Source: the human T2T-CHM13v2.0 reference genome, Homo sapiens
Assembly: GCF_009914755.1 (NCBI RefSeq)
Contig: NC_060927.1
Length of the DNA: 64,000 nt
Strand: one strand, 5' to 3'
Below the pieces are notes generated by a model. The model did no database searches and had not been told where the DNA came from. It saw only the letters and a list, made by a program, of their open reading frames with translations. Positions within the stretch are counted from its first letter, which is position 1. Each line of letters starts with the position of its first letter. Position numbers and translations under genes: made by a program. This document shows, piece by piece, positions 59,126 through 64,000 of this stretch.

Positions 59126-61022
59126 AAAATATATATATAAATAAATTACAACTGGTATTATATTGCTGAGAATGCTGCTATGGTTTACTGTTGTACAAAG
59201 AAGGAGATTATACGTTTTTTTTTTTAAGAGTCAACAGTAACTGCTATGTTTAACCCCATTATCATGCCTCACAAAGCTTAGCTATGTGCTTTCTGCCTGA
59301 AGGAAGTGTCAAAATGTGACCTTAAGAATTGACTGTCTTTTTAAAACAAAGATATAACCTGGTAAGTCTCAAAATGTGATTAAGATTCATGTCTATAACA
59401 TTTTGCTCTTTTTATTATACTGAAAAGGACAGCTAAAATTCTAGTCCTTGGAGCCTTCAGTAGCATTCAAAAAGATGAGTTTCTTTGTAATTCTTTAAGA
59501 AAAACAAAGATCAGCGACCATAGATTAACCCTAGCTACCTGAATGATGTCTTAATTCTACCCTTATCACAAAACAGTAAAATGGTTTCTGATAGAATTTC
59601 AATCTCTATTTATAATCAGATAGAAAGTTCACTTTCTTTTTTAGTGGTGAACTTTTTGGGAATTGTGTATGAATGTTGTCTCATCTAGAACATAGGACAT
59701 CCCCTGAGGGCTAAGAGCTTGTTAATTTTTGCTTCGCTGTTCACTGCTTAGCACATTTGTAGCATATAATTTTCTAAATATTAAATAATAATAAGTCCCT
59801 GGAAATCCTGGAGAAGCATACCAGCAACATCCTTGCTGGGGTTGCAAGCAGTCCCTGTGCATCCCATTATTACCTCATATGGTAACTAGTATTTAGACGA
59901 TTTCCTGCTGGCAAAAATTTGCAGTAGTGTTTGTATGTAACAAGAGCCATCCACTGCACACAAGTTCTACCAAAATAACTTTTCAGATTTTTTCAGTGTT
60001 TCCAACCCTCTTCACCAAGACCTGTATTATTTGGCAGCTTTAATCAGATCCTGAATTATCATAGGAAAAAAATCAAAATGTGTGCAAAAAGAAAGATAAC
60101 TGTAATTTTCAATGACAAAGTTTCACTCTTAGTAACAGAAAGACTAGGAATCAGATAGTGTAAATCTCCAACTTATGGTTATGAAGCTAAGTTGACAGAA
60201 CCTTTAGGTGGCCTGCCCTCCATGGAATTCCTTGCTACAGACTGTAGAAAGATTGCTTTGCCCTACTTGATTCAGGGAGACTGATTGTTGCTCACACGTA
60301 TATCAGCATTTTTCTGCATATTTCAGAGGCGTACAGGAAGGTGTCCCAGGACAGCAATAGGCACATAGCAATGTTCTTCAATAACAGTGGGCGCAAAGTC
60401 CAGGTACTGATCAAATATTCTATTTTCCAGAAATCTGAAAGGGGGATAAAACTGAGTCATGTCTTTCTTTACTTCTCAGACATTGTGTTCCTTACTTTTT
60501 TGGGAGTCCCAGTTATCTAATTTGCTTGTGTGTTAGAAAAAAAAAAAAAAAAAGGAGAAGTTGGATGGCACTATAAAACGAGCATATAAAAGTATAAAAT
60601 ACTATACATGCTTCTCTATTTTGGAGCTGTGAGGCATTGTTTTAATCTTCTAGAATGGAAGCTCATTATTTAGTAATAATATTTTGTAATATAGCTAAAG
60701 TAGTACTTTGTCCTAAATCTAATAAAATCAAATAACCACAGGGCTGGGAAGGATCATTTGAGGTCAGTCCCCCGCCTTCAAGCAGAAGTCAGCAACACAT
60801 TTCAACCTCACTCTGATGCTCTTTTGCAAGTTACTAGAGGATATTTTTACTCTTGGGTGTCATCTTCAATTTAACTAACTGGTTTTTTATGCTTCTTTGT
60901 CCTGGATATTGATGAAAATGTTTAATATTTAAAGTAGTAATAACTCTAACAGAATGTCTCTTAGTACCAAACAAAATGCCAGCCCCCACACAGTCACTGA
61001 TCCTCCTAAATAATTTAAACTC

Positions 61023-61410
<388 letters not shown>

Positions 61411-62014
61411 TCATTTTCTGGTCCTCTTGGGTTTTTTTTTTTCGTTCCGAGAAGCTCATCCTTATTAGGTAAGATTTGTTCTTTCACATTATGATATCGA
61501 GACATAATTGTCCTCTTAGCAGTTTCTGTCGGTTGATTTTTTTGTTTGTTTCCAGGTTTTTGTCTTACTTGGCTTGCTTTGTTTTGGTTTGGTTAGTCTG
61601 TTTTTAGTTTTTTGTTATCCTTGAATATCATTTTCCTGAACTATTTTTTAGTTTTCCTCCACGTTTTCCTGAGTTATGACAGTGGTAACTGGGAAATTTT
61701 TATTTTTTTCATAAACTTGGAAGACATGTATGTAAATGACTAAGGCTTATAGATTGGAATCAAGTCACTGCATTTTAGAATTGAAAAGGATGTTGGATAT
61801 TTACTAATCAAATGACCCCCTTCTAAAACTTATGACATTAAGGTCCAGGGATTAGATGACTTTTCTAAAGCCAATTTATGAGTTAGGCAAAACTATGACC
61901 TTGATCTTTTGATTCCTCATTCATGATTCCTTCTACTTCCACCCTATTCCTTAACAATTCAACTGGGATAGTAAATATAATTATAGTGCTGACTAAAATC
62001 ATTGTTCCTAACTA

Positions 62015-62498
62015 TAAGAGACAGACTGATGGTCCCCAAAAAACTCTACAGAACATGTGAATATGTCATGTTTATCACAAAAAGGAATTTAGGTTATAGA
62101 TGGAATTAAGGTTCCTAATCAGCTGATGTTAAAATAGGGAGATTATTCTGGATTGTCCTATATGTCCACTGTAATCATGAGTCTTTAAAGTGAAAGAGAG
62201 AGGGAGAAGAGGTCACAGTGATTGGATGTGAGGACTTTATCCCCTGTTGAAGCCTTGAAGGTGGAGAAAAAGGGTATGGCCAAGGAATGCAGGCGACCTC
62301 TCAGAACTAGAAAGGGCAAGGAATTAGATTCTCTCCTAGAGCTTCCCTGTTGATAACTCTTTTTTGGCCACACCTCATTTTTATCCCAGTGAGACTTGTG
62401 TTGGAATGCTAACCTACAGAACTATAAAATAAAAAATTCACGTTGTTTTAAGCCACTAAGTCTGTGGCAACTGACAAGAGCCATAGAAAACTAATACA
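62015..62498 (+). mobile_element. MLT1D-like MaLR LTR
   Basis: gatggaattaaggttcctaatcagctga...aaatagggagattattctgga...ttttaagccactaagt...gaaaactaataca. Confidence 0.8.
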
Positions 62499-62983
62499 CT
62501 CACAAAGCATTGGCAGCTGCTCAATAGAAAATATTTCTCCATGGAATAACTTTTAAAATCTGCATTTTTTCCTTTTTAAATACTACCTTAAGATAGTTAA
62601 GACCTTAAGAAAGTGTTTATCTTTTGCTAGGAAACAGATTCCAGTTAGTATTAATTTATTACACTTTCCAAAAACAGACACAAGTTCGTACCCAAGTTCA
62701 CCAATTGAAGGAGTGACCAGGAGGAAGGTTCAGAGGATGTCCCTGACATACTTCATCAGAATGTCCTTGGGGCAGCCAGAGGAGAAGCAGACTTTTGATG
62801 TGTGTCTGCAATTCTCTGTATGTCAGATAAAATCATTTCAAGGTTTAACTGTGGATAATAGAAATTTCTGCAAAGTGGCCTCTGTCTGTAATATTCACTG
62901 TACTGTGATCAAGGATACTAATGATCATAAACTTTTCTCTCTTCCAAGCATACTTTTCACTCAAAGTAGAAAGGGAAGTGAAG

Positions 62984-63012
62984 TCACACACACATACACA
63001 CACACACACACA
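62984..63012. repeat. (CA)n microsatellite
   Basis: Directly visible. Confidence 0.9.
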
Positions 63013-63745
63013 CCTTCAGACTGGCCTCATAATAGAAACTATCACCTGGACAATTCATTTCTCTAAATAGTAGGCCTCAAAGATTTCTGTTACCACTTTT
63101 CATATTACCTTGCTACAGAACTATTATTAGATTACTTAACCCACCCAAAAGACAAGCAAATAGAAACTAGTTTTTTAAACCCATTCTTCTTTTACCAAGT
63201 AAATCTTCAGCTTGTTAATATTTCTGAATTTCCAGACAAGATATTTTTCTCAGAACCTAGAGACAGGTCCAAAGTGACAACTCCTCCCATTTACCCAGGA
63301 CTGAGTAGCTTCCTGAAACGCAAGACTTTTAGTTCTAAATTCAGAAAAGTCCTGAGGAAGAAAGACCAAAGATAGATAGGTTTTGAGTACATAGTGTTGT
63401 GTGGAAGCCCAAGGCCCTGACCCAAAATGTCCCAGGTACCAGGAGCAACCATTTTCCAAGTTTAAGGTTCACAGATAGTCAAATACCTGAGGTTTGGGCT
63501 GTGGAAGATCCTACCTTGCTTGCATTCTCCAGTATCCTTCTTAGTGACTTACTCACTCTTTATGGTCAGTAACAGAATCTCTCTGGAGCAGCTGAAGGTC
63601 ATCAGGAAGAACCAGAGGACAACATGAGAATTTATGGAGAGTGCAATGTGCCATCTACTAAAGCAGTGGCTCTGGGGTTTTATGTGTGTTCACTGGAGAA
63701 AAATACACTTATGTTCATAGGAACACCCACTTTGGTTCGTTGCAG

Positions 63746-63845
63746 GGTACTGATAAGCAACCTGAGAAATGTGGTGGAGGCTCAGTTTGATAGCCGGGTT
63801 CGTGCAACAGGACACAGTTATGAGAAGTACAACAAGTGGGAAACG
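63746..63845 (+). CDS. CPB1: CPB1 exon 4, containing the trypsin activation site R110|A111
   Basis: ttgcag|[34 protein letters not shown]|gtatga; 100 bp; mature enzyme begins at GCA 63804. Confidence 0.97.
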
Positions 63846-63933
63846 GTATGATGTGCACATGATTTAGACAGATATTACTTTGGGAATTGAACCAAGAATG
63901 CCACATTGATCTACAAATGATTCCATTTGGTAG

Positions 63934-64000
63934 ATAGAGGCTTGGACTCAACAAGTCGCCACTGAGAATCCAGCCCTCATCTCTCGCAGTGTTATCGGAA
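63934..64000 (+). CDS. CPB1: CPB1 exon 5 (partial, runs off the window)
   Basis: ttggtag|IEAWTQQVATENPALISRSVIG after an 88-bp intron. Confidence 0.95.
   Translation, partial: MEAWTQQVATENPALISRSVIG

Noticed and set aside
62211-62224. ERE-like GGTCAcagTGATT
   Set aside because: Two mismatches in one half-site and inside an MLT1D; chance level.
63624-63851. 75-aa ORF as a separate gene
   Set aside because: It is CPB1 exon 4 read through from in-frame intronic sequence.

Overview
Primate, almost certainly human, genomic DNA, not microbial. The last ~13 kb holds the 5' part of the pancreatic procarboxypeptidase B gene CPB1 on the + strand: TATA box, exons 1-4 and the start of exon 5, encoding the signal peptide, activation peptide and start of the mature enzyme. 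The upstream ~50 kb is repeat-rich intergenic DNA. It contains a full-length dead L1PA (minus strand), an inverted 5'-truncated L1PA copy, a two-LTR MER34-type ERV with a tRNA-Ser primer-binding site, a THE1A MaLR nested in MER20, four ERV1 solo LTRs, an HMGB1 processed pseudogene, about ten Alus and older MIR/L2/L3/L1M/DNA-transposon relics. I find no evidence for a new gene system. The best leads are (1) an apparent gene-conversion tract between the two inverted L1 copies, (2) a splice acceptor upstream of the CPB1 TATA box with sense-oriented candidate upstream promoters and donors, and (3) two template-switch-like scars. Repeat family names come from my recall of consensus sequences, not from a RepeatMasker run, and boundaries of old repeats are approximate.
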